DNA of 63,218 nucleotides, filler included, from Asterionella formosa (lineage: Eukaryota): NCBI GenBank assembly GCA_002256025.1. It is 10 parts of 10 records of this genome, joined end to end, with 100 filler letters (N's around TTAATTAATTAA, not from the genome) between each part and the next. Parts side by side here need not be neighbours in the genome. Positions count along the whole stretch, not along the records: positions 25,195 to 50,258 come from NKIB01002081.1; 9 more parts are not named here. One strand, written 5' to 3'. The notes under the pieces were generated by a model. That model saw nothing but the letters and a program-made list of their open reading frames with translations, was not told the origin of the DNA and ran no database searches. This document shows, in pieces, positions 25,095 to 37,796 of the stretch. The translations under genes were made by a program, and so were the position numbers. Every line of letters starts with the position of its first letter. Position 1 is the stretch's first letter.

Positions 25095-25194
25095 NNNNNN
25101 NNNNNNNNNNNNNNNNNNNNNNNNNNNNNNNNNNNNNNTTAATTAATTAANNNNNNNNNNNNNNNNNNNNNNNNNNNNNNNNNNNNNNNNNNNN
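25095..25194. other. Artificial contig linker
   Basis: 44N-TTAATTAATTAA-44N (six-frame stop). The same linker is at 50259, 51880, 53497, 55117, 56737, 58357, 59977 and 61597. Confidence 0.99.
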
Positions 25195-25299
25195 TCATAC
25201 CCTTAAATTATGTACGTAGCTAAATTCGTCATATTGGGCCACCCAAATAATTAATTTGGGTGATCATATTTGACTAGCGTTTTTTTTGTGGCGGCTGTA
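25195..25299. mobile_element. Possible terminus of a Tc1/mariner-like element
   Basis: Ends ...TTTTGTGGCGGCTG|TA (CAG-type end at a TA) and contains the palindrome CACCCAAAT-AATTA-ATTTGGGTG; the other end is not in the window. Confidence 0.35.
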
Positions 25300-26977
25300 C
25301 CAGTAATCGGCGTTGTAGATGCAACCCAAGGAACTTTTGCCCAATAATTCTTTAAGTGATGGCCACTAATCGACTTTCTGAAACTAGTGCACCAGCATAA
25401 GTTTAATCATTGAGAATTTTTTCAAATCTCTCAGAAATTTCGGACTATTTGGATAAATTACCCTCTCGTTTGCTCTCGTCTACTGTGGCAGCAAGGTGAG
25501 CGACATACATGGAGGAATGTCTGTCAAAGTAATTGCAACAAATATTTTCAATTGATGAACAACAACCTAATCTGAAAGTTCTGCGATTTCATTTCATGTA
25601 TACACTACTGGTAAATGCGTTGATAATGAATTACACTTCCTGAGTTTTTGTAGATTCTCGATGTGATGCATGAAACAAGCAAGATCAACTCATTCAAGTA
25701 GAACAGCAAGAAAAACTTGTGGATTAAGCACGAAATCACCAAACAAGACCCATAGGATAGCAAGAACCTTTCCATCAAGAATTAGCTGATCATGTATGAA
25801 ACTATCATAACATGATCATTTTACCCAAAAATTTGGTTCAGAAACAGCAAACCAAGCTGATAGTACTATTGGTAAGCCAGCTGAAATGCTAGAAACATAA
25901 TGGTAGTCTGCTTTCTCATACAGCATATAAACATCTCTGAAGCTAACTAGCTAGAATCCAACCCTACAGTTGTTAATGGCATAACTTGGTGAGTTTGCTG
26001 AAAATCCACTGGAGGCAAAAGTTGTTGCACCTTTTCATTTGCTATGGGTGCCTAGTATTTCATCAATGTCATAGCTATGACAGTTCCCCTCTTGCTTCGT
26101 GAAAGTTTGCTTGAGTATATTTCTAAACAATCCTCTTAATTTACACCTGGAAATATCGGCCCTTCAGGATTTTTGGAGAATATCTGGGAAATACTCATGC
26201 ATAAACGCAAACAAAGAGTGATTGGCTACACAGCCAAGTCTTCAGGATTTGTGTACACTTACCTGGGCTTGTAGTTTTTGATCCATCCTGATCATTCTTC
26301 ATATGAGAGAAGCGAATACCCAAATTTTCAACACTCCATATCAATTTTTTAACAAAGACACTATTATCTGTTGTCTACATGATGGTACATCAAGTTCCAT
26401 GTCAGGCATAAAAATTCCTCTACAATGATACTAGCCTGCTGTGAAGAACCACCAGCAACCAACCAGATTGAGATGTTCCTGTACAAATCATAACTGATCA
26501 ACTGGACTTGTTTGCTTCATTTTATTACCTCCACTGTTATTAGACAGTATTACACCGGCACTTGACTACCAATATTACTGGTATAAGGTACTCTAGCTAC
26601 CTGGTATACCTGGTCCACACAACCTCTAATATACTACATGTTTTTAAAGTAGTATTACCTTTTAGTTGATAGATCTATCGTTAGACAAAGAAGACTATGG
26701 ATAGAGAATTTTTTTGTTTCTCTTTTGTTTGTTATTAAGCAAACTAGTTGGGTTTGTTCAGTTTGAGTAATCAAACAAACTTTTTTCCAAATGCTGTTTG
26801 CATTTGTCAGAACATAAATTCATAGATAGACCCATGTCTATCTAACACTTATTGATCATAGATTTATAACCATTGATCGTTCAATTCAAACTATTGGTCT
26901 TCCAAATAGTCTATACTGTCCTGCTCATTATAGCAGAATAATATCATGTGGTTCTGATGAGAGCTTGGTTTTTTCAA

Positions 26978-27119
26978 AAGTCGACTCAGTCAACTATTAG
27001 TCATAGCTATGTAGATGACGAGCACACTTTTACAACACAGTAGTCTACAAGTCGACTCAGTCAACTATTAGTCATAGCTATGTAGATGACGAGCACACTT
27101 TTACAACACAGTAGTCTAC
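26978..27119. repeat. Exact 71-bp tandem duplication
   Basis: AAGTCGACTCAGTC...CAGTAGTCTAC at 26978-27048 and 27049-27119. Confidence 0.95.
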
Positions 27120-27277
27120 CTGGTACCAGGCGTTAAATTACTTACACCAGTAGCAGTACACGTTTGTACACGCTGTATGCTATAGTCTTTCTCTTAGACA
27201 AGTCAAATGTAGACAGCAACATTTTGCTTCCTTATTTTATTGTGAGCTTGCTTAAAAACTAGAAATCAATTTACAAT

Positions 27278-30200
27278 TGATTCAACTCCACTTATTTCAG
27301 ATCCGTTGGATCTTGGATCTTTTGTCCAAACTTTCATACAGATAACCAAGTAATTATAATGATCTGTTCCTGATCATTCAATCATTCTTTTACTTCATAA
27401 CACATATAGAATATTGTTTTACTTACATTGTCGGCAGCTCCAATGGCGACGACATGCCTGTGAATAGTTCATTACATAGACATTAACATTACTTCAAATA
27501 TTTCTTCACCGGAAATAATTTCTCTGTATAATATTGATGACATGTACATTGATGGAATGCTGTTAACCCTAACTCAAATCATCCTAGATTTTGTCACTCT
27601 CCTCATTCCAGCAATCCATTGTCCCATTGAGCATTTTATGTGCATGAGAATCATGGATTTTCTGAGTTACGTTCTTTGACAGAAGGTCTGCAGGGTTTTT
27701 CAATGTATTCACATATTGAAGAAGCAAGGATGTTACCATCTTCAACTTTCTCTCTGATAAAATGGTACCTGACATCAATATGTTTGGTTCTTGCACCAAC
27801 TTGTTTATTTCTTGAGAGAAAAATCGCTCCAGTATTATCCTCCAAAATTATGCTTGCACCTGCTGGTGTGCTTGCAATCTTGGGGAAGAGGCGTCCAAAT
27901 AGGTCTTTAAAATCTTCAAACATTCCCTGCACGAAATCTTCCATGTTCGATTCCAGGTAGCGTCCATCTTTATCAGATCCCCATTCATACCAGACACCAA
28001 GGTGTTTGTTCTGCTGTCCGAGTTCCTTAATTGTAAAATAATCCTTTATTTCTTTCTTGAAGGCAAGAATGTCTGATGGCTTTCCGGCAATCGCGCAATC
28101 ATCAACATGTGTCCCAACCAATAAAATTAATTTATTGTCTCTTTTGAGGTAGAACACACAAGGATCCACCTTACTCTGGGTCATTCCCATATTCAGCAGA
28201 CATTGGACAAGCTTCTTGAACCATTGCAAAGCTGCTTGGACAGTACCATACATAGCTTTGTCCAATAGGATGCACGAGGTCTGCAATTCTTGTTCAGTGA
28301 CATATCCAAATTCTTTTTAACTCCTTCAGGCCATTCAATTTAGATATTTTCATCCATATCTGGTGCTTCAAGGAATGCTGCTTCCACATCGATGACTTCA
28401 CAAATCCAGCATTCGTCAGGTTTGTTGTGTCCATGGTATAGTGTGATAGCAAAAATGGTTCGCATAGCAGAATCTGTGGCAACAGGTGCAAAGGAGTCTG
28501 TGAAGTCAACTCCAGGAATCTGGACATAGCCTTTGACCACAACTCTTCCTTTGAATCTGGTTGATAAATCTTGTTCTTGCTTCTTTTTAAATACCCAAAG
28601 TGTTCCCAGAGGTTTCCTTCCATTAAGTTTGTTCCTAGGGAATTTCTTCCAAACCCCTCTTTTGTAGAAGTTGTCAATTTCCGTTTTGATCCCAATAACC
28701 CATTTTTCACGTTCTGGATCGTTCATTGCAGCTTTGTAGGATTTTGGTTCTCCAGGATCAGAGGCTAGTGTTGTGCTGTAGATTAGATGGACTTCCAATG
28801 GTGCATCTTCTTCATCCGCAACTTCATTTTCTTCATCAGGGTGGCCGGCAGTTTTAGGAGTTTGGTCAGAGGAAAGTTTTAAAGTTCTCCTAGCTCCTTT
28901 AGGTAGGACATTGGTCCATGCAATGCTTTTGAGTTCACGCTCAAGTTTTGTGGTTGAAGTTTTAGAAATATCACTTCCTTGCCCACCTGTTTCTGAAACA
29001 TCAAAGGTAACTTGTTGATGTCTGGGTGCCAATAGTTGCATTTCTTCATTAGGGGCGGCATTTGTAGGAGTGTTTTTGACATCCTCAGACGCATCATCAT
29101 TATGCAATTCATAGTCTTGTGCATCTTCCATTTGGGATTTGTCAATACCGAGTGCGTCTGCATTACCGGCAAATGTGGACATATTGGCTGTAGGATCGCA
29201 TATTCCATGCCAGGTGGCTGGCCCATCGGATATTTCTGCTGTTGATTACCTTTTTTGTCACAGGCGGGTTGTACATCCAGTAGGTACTATCGCCAGCATG
29301 ATCATCGGAGTATCCAATCATGACACATTTAACTGCCTTGGGGTCTAGTTTCTTTTCTTTTTTTCAAGGGTGACATATCCGATGCGACCAAATTCAATAA
29401 GATTCCTGTAGATCATAGGTTGTTTGTCGTAGAATTTCCAGTCAGGACATTTTGAGCCACTGGAATTGGACACAATATTTGTGAGTCTTGTGTGTGTGTT
29501 GGCAGCTTCCGCCCAGAGTGTTCCTTGAGCCTCTTCAGAGAATTTCGCTTTAATCATGGCGGCAGAGCTGCGGTCATGTATGGTCGCAAATTTACGTTCG
29601 ACTATGCCGTTCTGCTGAGGCGTGTAGGGGGCAGTTATTTCGATAGCAAGTCCGTGTTTCTCGCATAGCTCAGTTAATGCCTTGACATTTTCGCCACCAT
29701 TGTCACATCGAAGTTTCTTGAGGATATAATTAGCACCCTTCAACTTGATGACAAGGTTTTCGACAATTTTCGACATTTCACTTTTCTTCTTAACAAAGAA
29801 GCTCCATGCTTTGCTGCTATAGTCATCTACAACAAGGACCCAATAATTGCTTCCAATGATAGACTTTTTGTAGGGCCCGCTGATGTCAGTACACAAACGA
29901 TGAGTTGCTCTTGTTGTAGAGAACTTTGGTACTGCTTTGGCCTTAGCCTTGGCAAATGCGCACCCTTCACAAGGTGTGAGACTGCCTGTGACTTTGACAT
30001 TCAGCATCTTCAATGTAGCTCGTAGTGCCACCTCACCAATGTGTCCGAATTTATCATGTGCCTCGTTGATGTCAGTTTGATTTGCTTAGCAGGTGTGATA
30101 ACTGGTGGTTGCATGGTAGTTGTACTAGTCATGACGGTTTCAGTAGTACCAAGGTCATGTGTGCCTTCAAAGTAGTACAGGAGCTCTTTGCTTACTGATT

Positions 30201-31206
30201 TAAATTCAATGTTCTAGAGTTCATTTGTCGTACTTAGACTGCTGAGTGTCTGTTCTTTGATACTGACTTCGTAGTCTGATTTCTGTACGAAGAATCCGAT
30301 ACTCACAATATTCTTGTCGAAAAGCGGAGTATATAGGACTTTTTTAAATGTAGGGTCTTTCCATTCTTGCTCGGCCGATGTCACCAAAACGTCACCTCGT
30401 TTTGTTCATAGCACTTCCTTGTTTCCATCACCAACAATCACGCGCACCTTGACCTTTTCAACATTTGTCATACCAAGTTCACTGGATGTGATATGACTGG
30501 TGGCTCCAGTGTCGGCCAACCATCTTTCTTCTCCTCCACACAATGCACAATAATCAAAATTATTATTATTATTATTATCAGAAATAAATCCGAAACGATG
30601 GATCTCTTCCTCTTCAGCTTCGACAGCACAACCGACAAAAAAGACGTCTCCTTCCTTCTTGTCAGCAGTCTTCTTCTTCTTCTTCTTCTCATCAGGGCAG
30701 TCCTTGGCGATGTGACCAGCAAATTTGTTGCAATTGAAACAATTTATGCATTTTCCGGTCTTCTCTCCATCCGCTTTTGATCCTTTAGAACGACAATCCG
30801 CCGATTTGTGTCCTTGCTTTCCGCAGTTGCGACAAAGACCTTTGAACTTTTCTCCTGCAAATAGGGCTATCTCGTTAGATGACTTTTCAGTTTTGAACTT
30901 GCGCTTGTAGAAAGCCCGGATTTTGTTCTTCAGTTCTGATAGAGTGATTACCGTCATTCCTTCCACAACTGTGATCACCTCACTATACTCAGAAGGAAGC
31001 TTGTCAAGAATTATGTGGGCAATGACTTCAATGTCTTGTTTCTGAAAAGAGCTATTGATTTGCGTCATTCTGTTGCGAATCATGTCGAGTTTAATGAACC
31101 ATTCATCAGGGTCACTCTTTGTAGACTCAAGGTTGCATTTGCTAAACTCGCCGGAAAGCTGGATCAAATCAGATGTTTCATGAGGAGCATATCAGTCACA
31201 TAGATT
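27278..31206 (-). mobile_element. Decayed, 5'-truncated Ty1/Copia element
   Basis: Gag knuckles CRNCGKQGHKSADC and CFNCNKFAGHIAKDC; PR WLADTGAT; IN TDISGP, RCDNGGE, PQQNGIVER; RT KAMYG, HVDD; RNase H TKHIDVRYHF. PPT GAGGAGAG then TG at 27596 marks the likely 3' LTR; its far end near 27278 is uncertain. Confidence 0.9.
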
Positions 31207-31982
31207 GGACGTCGATCTTTCGTTAATTTAGGTCAAAAGTGGCGATCGTTAAAAAAGTGAAAAGCACGGATTATCCCAAGTTTGGAGTTCTCATCTTATA
31301 TTGTGTTCAACGATGTATATAAATTTATTGTATTTCATGTCTTATCCATAACCTTGTCAATAATAATTCTGGAAATAAAAATTGATGAAACCCGGTGTGG
31401 CCATGTAATACCAGTACCCGCTACTACTAGACATTCGTAGTCAATTTATTGTGTATGTAGGCCTACAGTGGTACAAAATTGAACGCACTTGCTACACATT
31501 TCTGTGGTGAAAATCATTCACATTTTTCCGGAAAGCAGGGGCCGAAAAAATGAATCACGGTGGAAGCAAGCAAAAACCGCTGCTGACACCAGAACTGGCC
31601 ATTAGGAAAAATGTGGACGAAATCCCCCACCACAGATTTACGTACAGAAACTATATATGTTCCAAATTTTTCTGTACTTCCGTAGCTTCACCGCTTTCGT
31701 CTTGATGATTAAGCCAAAGTTTTTATCATTTTCTCAAATACCGGACGATTGTCTGGTGGAGGGAGGGGTACTGGTACACAGAATCCTGGTACCTGGTACT
31801 TTGTCCGGTGGTAGAACTGAACTGATGATCCATTGTTTTGAGCAGTACCTTTGTCGATGAGCGAGATGAAATGATGGTATAATGTTCTGCCATTCCACAT
31901 ATGATTACATTTGACCATAAGTCCTGGCTGTGGCAGAACTCAACAACATAACTCAGCATTCAGCACTATAAGTGTTTCTGTA

Positions 31983-32819
31983 ATGAAGATCCAGTGGATC
32001 TACACACATTTGCTTGTCTCTGTGGTTCTAATGGTTCGATTGATTCCAGTCACGTCCTCCTTCATCCGAGAATTCAAAAGTATTTCATTTCGAACTGCCG
32101 GTATATCAACCACCAAACAAATGACAGTAGGTCTACCGCATCTCGAAGTCGAGCAGAAGTTTACGCTTTCGGATGGGTCCATTGAAAAGCAACTCTTGAA
32201 TCTAGGCATGATGAAAGGGAGCGAAATGACAATGGTAGATTGGTATTATGACGTTGCTGCGCCTCATTGGATTTTGACACCTCAAGACTGCTGGTTGCGA
32301 TTTAGAGAGACGCCAAACGAAAGATCTTGGCAATTGAAGCGAGGACGAAACCATGGTTCGGGGGGATCTACTGTATACGAAGAAATGGAAGGAATGGAAG
32401 CGCTAAAGATTGCTTTTTCCATGTTGCCAAACCATTCGCAGCTAAAGCTGCCTACAGAAGAGGTTAATGTCAACGTGACAGAGCGTTTAGAATCATACAA
32501 CATTGTGCCATTTGCTAGGATTGAGACACTGCGATCAAGTTGGGGACCAGAGGATGATAATTCACCGCACACTGGATTGTGTGTCGACTTGGACAAAACG
32601 GACTTTGGATATATTGTGGGAGAGGTAGAAATTGTCGTCAATAAGGAGGAGGACGTGGAAGCGGCACGACAACGAGTTGGCAAGTTTGTCGCTTCCCTTG
32701 TGCCTGATCCAGACGAAAGCACTGACCCAGCTATCGGAAAATTAGAACATTACATGCAGCGATACTGCAAGGAACAATACGATGCCTGCATCCAGGGAGG
32801 CAGCATCAAAATGCGATAA
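31983..32819 (+). CDS. CYTH-domain protein, thiamine-triphosphatase-like, with probable bipartite presequence
   Basis: EVEQKF (ExExK), DWYYD, WLRFR, WQLK, VDLD.TDFGY.VGEVE. The ATG at 31983 gives a hydrophobic N-terminus ending TSS-F. Confidence 0.85.
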   Translation: MKIQWIYTHLLVSVVLMVRLIPVTSSFIREFKSISFRTAGISTTKQMTVGLPHLEVEQKFTLSDGSIEKQLLNLGMMKGSEMTMVDWYYDVAAPHWILTPQDCWLRFRETPNERSWQLKRGRNHGSGGSTVYEEMEGMEALKIAFSMLPNHSQLKLPTEEVNVNVTERLESYNIVPFARIETLRSSWGPEDDNSPHTGLCVDLDKTDFGYIVGEVEIVVNKEEDVEAARQRVGKFVASLVPDPDESTDPAIGKLEHYMQRYCKEQYDACIQGGSIKMR

Positions 32820-32830
32820 CTAAGTATCGT

Positions 32831-34253
32831 CTATAAATCTTCAAAGAATTTTTCGTTGTCTGTCTTCAGCTTTTTGGAACGGCGCGTATTCGCCGATTCC
32901 TTTTCCGCTTGCTCGTCCCCACTGTCATCACTATCCTTTTCAGCACCACCGCTATTATCATCACCGTCTGACCAATCATCGTCACTGCCTTGTTTACTAG
33001 CAAATGCAGGTGAGGGGACGCCAACCTCTTCGCCAACTTCCTCATCTTTCGATTCACAATCCTCGTCGTCGCCATCGTCGTCCAACAACATCCGAGCGTC
33101 CCACAGGCGAATCAAATTATCATGGCTGACACTGCCAACCAACTTTCTTCCAGCGTTGAACTGCAACTTCTCAATCGGAAACCCGTCGTGGTCTCCCAAT
33201 ACTCCTAACAATTTATCCGGATGGATCTGCACCAATCGAACCACTCCATCGGATGAGCCTGTCAGTACAGTATCTTCGTCAACCTTCAACAGAGCATCAA
33301 TAGACGCAGGATGCCCGGGAAACCGATCAGAGACATCACCCCATGTACCCCAAGACCAAACAGCCAAGACTCCTTGTTGAGTACCACACACGACCTTCCT
33401 GCCATTCTTTAGGACTTGCACTGAAAGTAACTCATCTTCTTGATTGTCTGACTGTCGAAATGCATCTTTTCGCTGTTGGGGGTGAATCGCCTTTCGTAAG
33501 TCTAAAGCAGACATGGTACAATCGGCGGAGCTAGCCAACAGTGTTCCTCCGTCAGGATGGTGATCAAAGCCCGAAATGTAGTCCTCGTGATTGTCCCAAC
33601 TCATGACACACGCTTTCTTATTATTTGCATTCGAACCACACAACCGCGAATCCCACAACCGAATTCCTCCATCCTCGTGTCCAGTCACAATCAACGGCCC
33701 AGTTGGTGCACAGAGTGGCAGCTGGTGAATCACTTGGACACTCGATGATTCGTCGTCATCCTGCTGTCGCCACAACTTGCAAGTGTCCAACGACGCCGAA
33801 AGTGAACATGCCCGTTCTGTATCCAAGGCACAAAAATCTCCCAAAGTGCCTCCAGTATAAATCACATTGCCCTGATCCGAAAAACGTACTGCCCTGCAAG
33901 ACGCTTGCTTGCCAGTATTCTCGTCAATGTTTTGAGTGTGAACGTCAATGGATGCGATGATAGTGTCAAGTTCGTCATCATCCTCGTCGTTGCCATCATT
34001 CGGTGGATCAATGTCGTGGACTATATATATACAAACATACATATGTATTATGCATGGCGAGTGGCAACCTGTTTGTTAGATTCGCCATGACCCAAATATC
34101 AGAATAATGTGCAAACATGAACTCACTTTCAATGGTTCCATCAGCCAACGCAGCTACCAACACATTTTCTTTGCTAGGATGAAACGAAAGGTCTAGAGGC
34201 TGTGCCGAACAGTCAATGGAATCCAGCAAGGTGCCGCCAGCGTTGTTGGACAT
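32831..34253 (-). CDS. WDR55: WD40-repeat ribosome biogenesis protein WDR55/JIP5; intron 34021-34126
   Basis: DLSFHP, HEDYIS, SDNQEDELLS, SDRFPGHPASID, TGSSDG..R, acidic tail ending FFEDL; a GTGAGT..TAG intron restores the frame. Confidence 0.92.
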
Positions 34254-34799
34254 GTTAAAGCAATGGTACCAGTACCAGGAGGGTACCCCTGATGTTAATC
34301 CTAAGCAAGATACGCACAAGAATGATGAATGGAACTGATATGATATATTTATTGCCGCGCTTCTTTTTTATACCCGGTATATTAATTAGATCATTACTGG
34401 TAGATCCTATCTGATGGAGTACCGATGCGGTATGCATGTTATAGAATAGGTGGAGTTACCAGGGTACCTGGTACCATTATGCCCATCATGGCCATACGTA
34501 TGTCGTGCCCTCTATACAGGTAGACCTACCCTTGTACCAGTATGTACCGGTAGTCCGGCTCATCATAGTCAGAGTAATAACAGTACCTGGTACTAATAAA
34601 ATGTGTGGTTGATGGGAGCTTGGTACATCAAATGTCGACTCATTCGACTGGGATTCATAATTCCAAAGATGAGCCCACTTTGACACTCCCTTTGTTCCAA
34701 CAATCCATCATCCCATTTTGGATCGCATATCCATGCTTGTTCATAATTTTGTCTGTGGCATTTTTGGTTAGGGCATCTGCAGGATTCTTTTCTTTGTTG

Positions 34800-35500
34800 A
34801 TGTAATCCACATTTATCATTCCGTTTTCGACTTGTTCACAATTGTAGTGGTAGCCTGCCTATGTTGATATGCTTTGTATGTGCACCAACCTGATGGTTTC
34901 TTGTTTGGTAGACCGCACCAACCGGTATTGTACTCACGCATTAGGCTAGGCATTACAACATTAGTAATCGCACCCAATAGATTCGTAGCAAAGATGGTTT
35001 CCTTGTTTGCACCATTTCTTAGCTAGCTAGTGCGACATATTCACATTTGGTACTTAATTGCATCACAATGTCCTGTCCCTTTGACATCCAGTGAATGAGA
35101 GCGCACCCTCTGATTGTACCTGAATAACTTCTGACAATTTTTCGTGTATCAGGATTAGAGGTAAAGGCGCTGGAAACGAAATCTTGTATACATACTAGCT
35201 CATTAGCTAGTACTAGGTGGCTGCATGAAGTTTCATCTGACACACAAGTAGTACCCGAGCAAGTAAGCTTTTCAGGGCTTCCCAGTGAGTTTCACCTGGG
35301 CTATGATCCAGATGCTGTGACAGTTTGAAATATGCAAACATTGTCACAACCAGGGACTGGTAGTTTATTCTGCTACTACATGACTGGTGTCCTGTACAGT
35401 GCAAAAACGTATGGCAAACTTGTGTACACCTTTTAAACTTAAACCCTGGTACACATACTATTCTTTTTGTTTTCGTATTGAAAATCGGCGATGCCATCTG
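34800..35500 (-). pseudogene. Old Copia RT/RNase H remnant related to the family at 58457-61596
   Basis: LSQHLD..PGETHWEAL and FTSNPDTRK..GCALIHWMSKGQDIV..KCEYVAL align with 58457-58800. Confidence 0.85.
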
Positions 35501-36356
35501 ACCATTCTAGTATGTAGATTTCTGGGTTAATTTCTGTCTAGGCATCCGAATTGTAGTCCACCCCAGCACTATTACACATACTTTCAATAAGATCTGATTG
35601 CCATGTTGTCTGAGCAGTTGATTATTGTAAAGAACGATTTTGGGCTGTTGATTTTCATTGAACAGTGTACTGACCTCTGTAGAAGCAATATGAAGGCGAT
35701 GGGTATGTTGGTTAGATTCTTATGTTTAGAAAAGCGATACATGTGGATGGTTTTGGGCTGTTTGATTTTCATTGGACAGTGTACTGACCTGTATCTCTGT
35801 GTGTAATATCAGCTATTAGTACCAATGAGATATAGCTAAATAAACTAACAAGCATGTGCTTCTGGACAAAAAATATTTTGCTCTACAGATGTTGAGCAAT
35901 ATTGCTAACAGTTTTTGCACGCCCAGATTTATGATGAGCTGGCCATCCATGTTGATGGACTCATCAGCCTCTCTTTTGAGGTTTCGAAGCAAGCAATTGA
36001 CGATTTATTGCCGCTGTTCTGATGTCGAATTCTTATTAATGAAAAAAGTGGGTCCAGAGCACACATTCCCAAGAGGGCACAATTCTATGAAAAACACGCC
36101 AAAAAGATTGGAGGTCAGGTTCACCAATTTCTAGAATACTTAGAACATAAATTACATTCACCAATTGATTCAGAATATTTGTTGATTCTTTAATAGGAGG
36201 GGCTATTAGCCAGAGAATCATCAGAGCTTGGACTTCATGAGAGGCAGGGACCTAAAGTTTGGTATACCAGAACAGAGGGAGTAGCAATGTAGAATGCAGT
36301 GACAAATGACTACCTGTATTATCATGCTCAGTTCATGTGATTTACCAACTACAACC

Positions 36357-37181
36357 TCAGACCTGCCTTGAGTCTTCTAAATCAAGATCTAGGTATGTTC
36401 GTTTCCAGTGTACAATAATTGGTTCCCACAGTGTCAACAGTTTCTCAAGGTCCCGTACAGTTGCTTTTTCCTCTGCTTCTCCAAATTCGTGAACTTTGTA
36501 TCCTCCCATCCTGGCCAGAATCTCCTTTCTAGGTGGCGTAACTGTTTCAAATGACATGGTGTAAAGCCTACGAAGCGCCCAACCATGATAAGGTTGGACT
36601 TCTGTTCGATAGGCGTCCAGGGCCGCATTTGTTGCATCTTTCTTCTCGTCCAGAACCCCTCGGTACATTTTCGCTTGGAAGGATATTGACCTTCGGATCC
36701 ACAATAAACCTACAGCGGCAGAAGGATCCATAAGTATTCCTCCTGGTCCATGAATGCCGCCTTCTCGTTCAAATTCAAGGAGCGCCAACAATGACTGTCG
36801 CCTTCCTACAGGTGCCTTTTTGTACAGATTCTCAAACTTTTGAACATTGTGTTCCAAGTCCCTGGCGACGGAGTGTTGACCTGTCTTTCTCATTGTTTCC
36901 ACAAAAGTGTTGCAGGCTCGAAGAAGATGGCTCGTGTCCACGTGTTGTTGCCGCCCGATTGGGCCTCGTTGCGAGAGGACTGGCTCAAAGGAACACGCCA
37001 GTTTTCCAATCAGCGTAGTCTTGCTACTTTTATCAGAACGCCATGATGATTTCGCAGCAGTTGTGACGCTACCTTGGAGGGAAACCTTCGCCGCATCCGC
37101 CTCTTTCTTGTATCGAAGTGCTTCCGTGGATAAGCACACAAGCAACAGTAGCAAAGGGGCAAGTAATAAGCAGCTATTCAT
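36357..37181 (-). CDS. Glycolipid transfer protein (GLTP) domain protein with signal peptide
   Basis: VARDLEHNVQK, SAAVGLLWIRRS, AYRTEVQPYHGW; N-terminus MNSCLLLAPLLLLLVCLSTEA. Confidence 0.85.
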   Translation of the reverse strand: MNSCLLLAPLLLLLVCLSTEALRYKKEADAAKVSLQGSVTTAAKSSWRSDKSSKTTLIGKLACSFEPVLSQRGPIGRQQHVDTSHLLRACNTFVETMRKTGQHSVARDLEHNVQKFENLYKKAPVGRRQSLLALLEFEREGGIHGPGGILMDPSAAVGLLWIRRSISFQAKMYRGVLDEKKDATNAALDAYRTEVQPYHGWALRRLYTMSFETVTPPRKEILARMGGYKVHEFGEAEEKATVRDLEKLLTLWEPIIVHWKRTYLDLDLEDSRQV

Positions 37182-37796
37182 TCTGTTCGGCTTCTCTTGT
37201 TGGGTAAAACGTTTTGCTTGTTTCAGAAGAATAACGTAACAATGAGAATGCAAATATCAGAACCTGCGGGGTTTTCTTTGCTGTAGTCTACCAGTAGTTT
37301 CGTTAACAACGACGACGTTGTGAACGAAACATTTATTTCCTTTCTCACACGAAAGAATATGAGGTTGCTTCGTCACAAAACCGTTTCGTATTTGTTACTA
37401 GTATATACAGTGGTATACCTGTATGGTATATGCATACATTCATAAAATTAGCAACAAAGTCAAAAGCCATTTACGATATTTAGGTTTAATTTTGGCGCGC
37501 TATTCTAATATACTACGGTTAGTTTTAGCGCTATTCCTTGAGAATCATTATGACACTACTTGGTCTACAGATGGAGAAGACGAAACATGAATTGTATCAA
37601 AGTTAATCCTCAATGAGTCATCAATATTTTTATGTATATTTTATACATACTAGAATACATGTCAAAGTATAGCGAAGCCAAAAAATGTCATTCATAAATG
37701 AACATAAAGTAAGTTACACTGGTATATTTAGTGCCTGATCTAACCTCCACTAAATGAATATCGTGACTTCACATCTGAAAGCAACACCATGGCAAT

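Noticed and set aside
25095..25194. Repeated TTAATTAATTAA motif between N runs
   Set aside because: Artificial six-frame-stop linker; adjacency across linkers has no biological meaning
25400..26500. Possible Ulp1-like protease remnant (similar hints near 2200-2640)
   Set aside because: Too decayed; only vague motif resemblance
31463..31684. MITE with TACAGTGGTACA / TGTACTTCCGTA ends
   Set aside because: The inverted match is too degenerate to support
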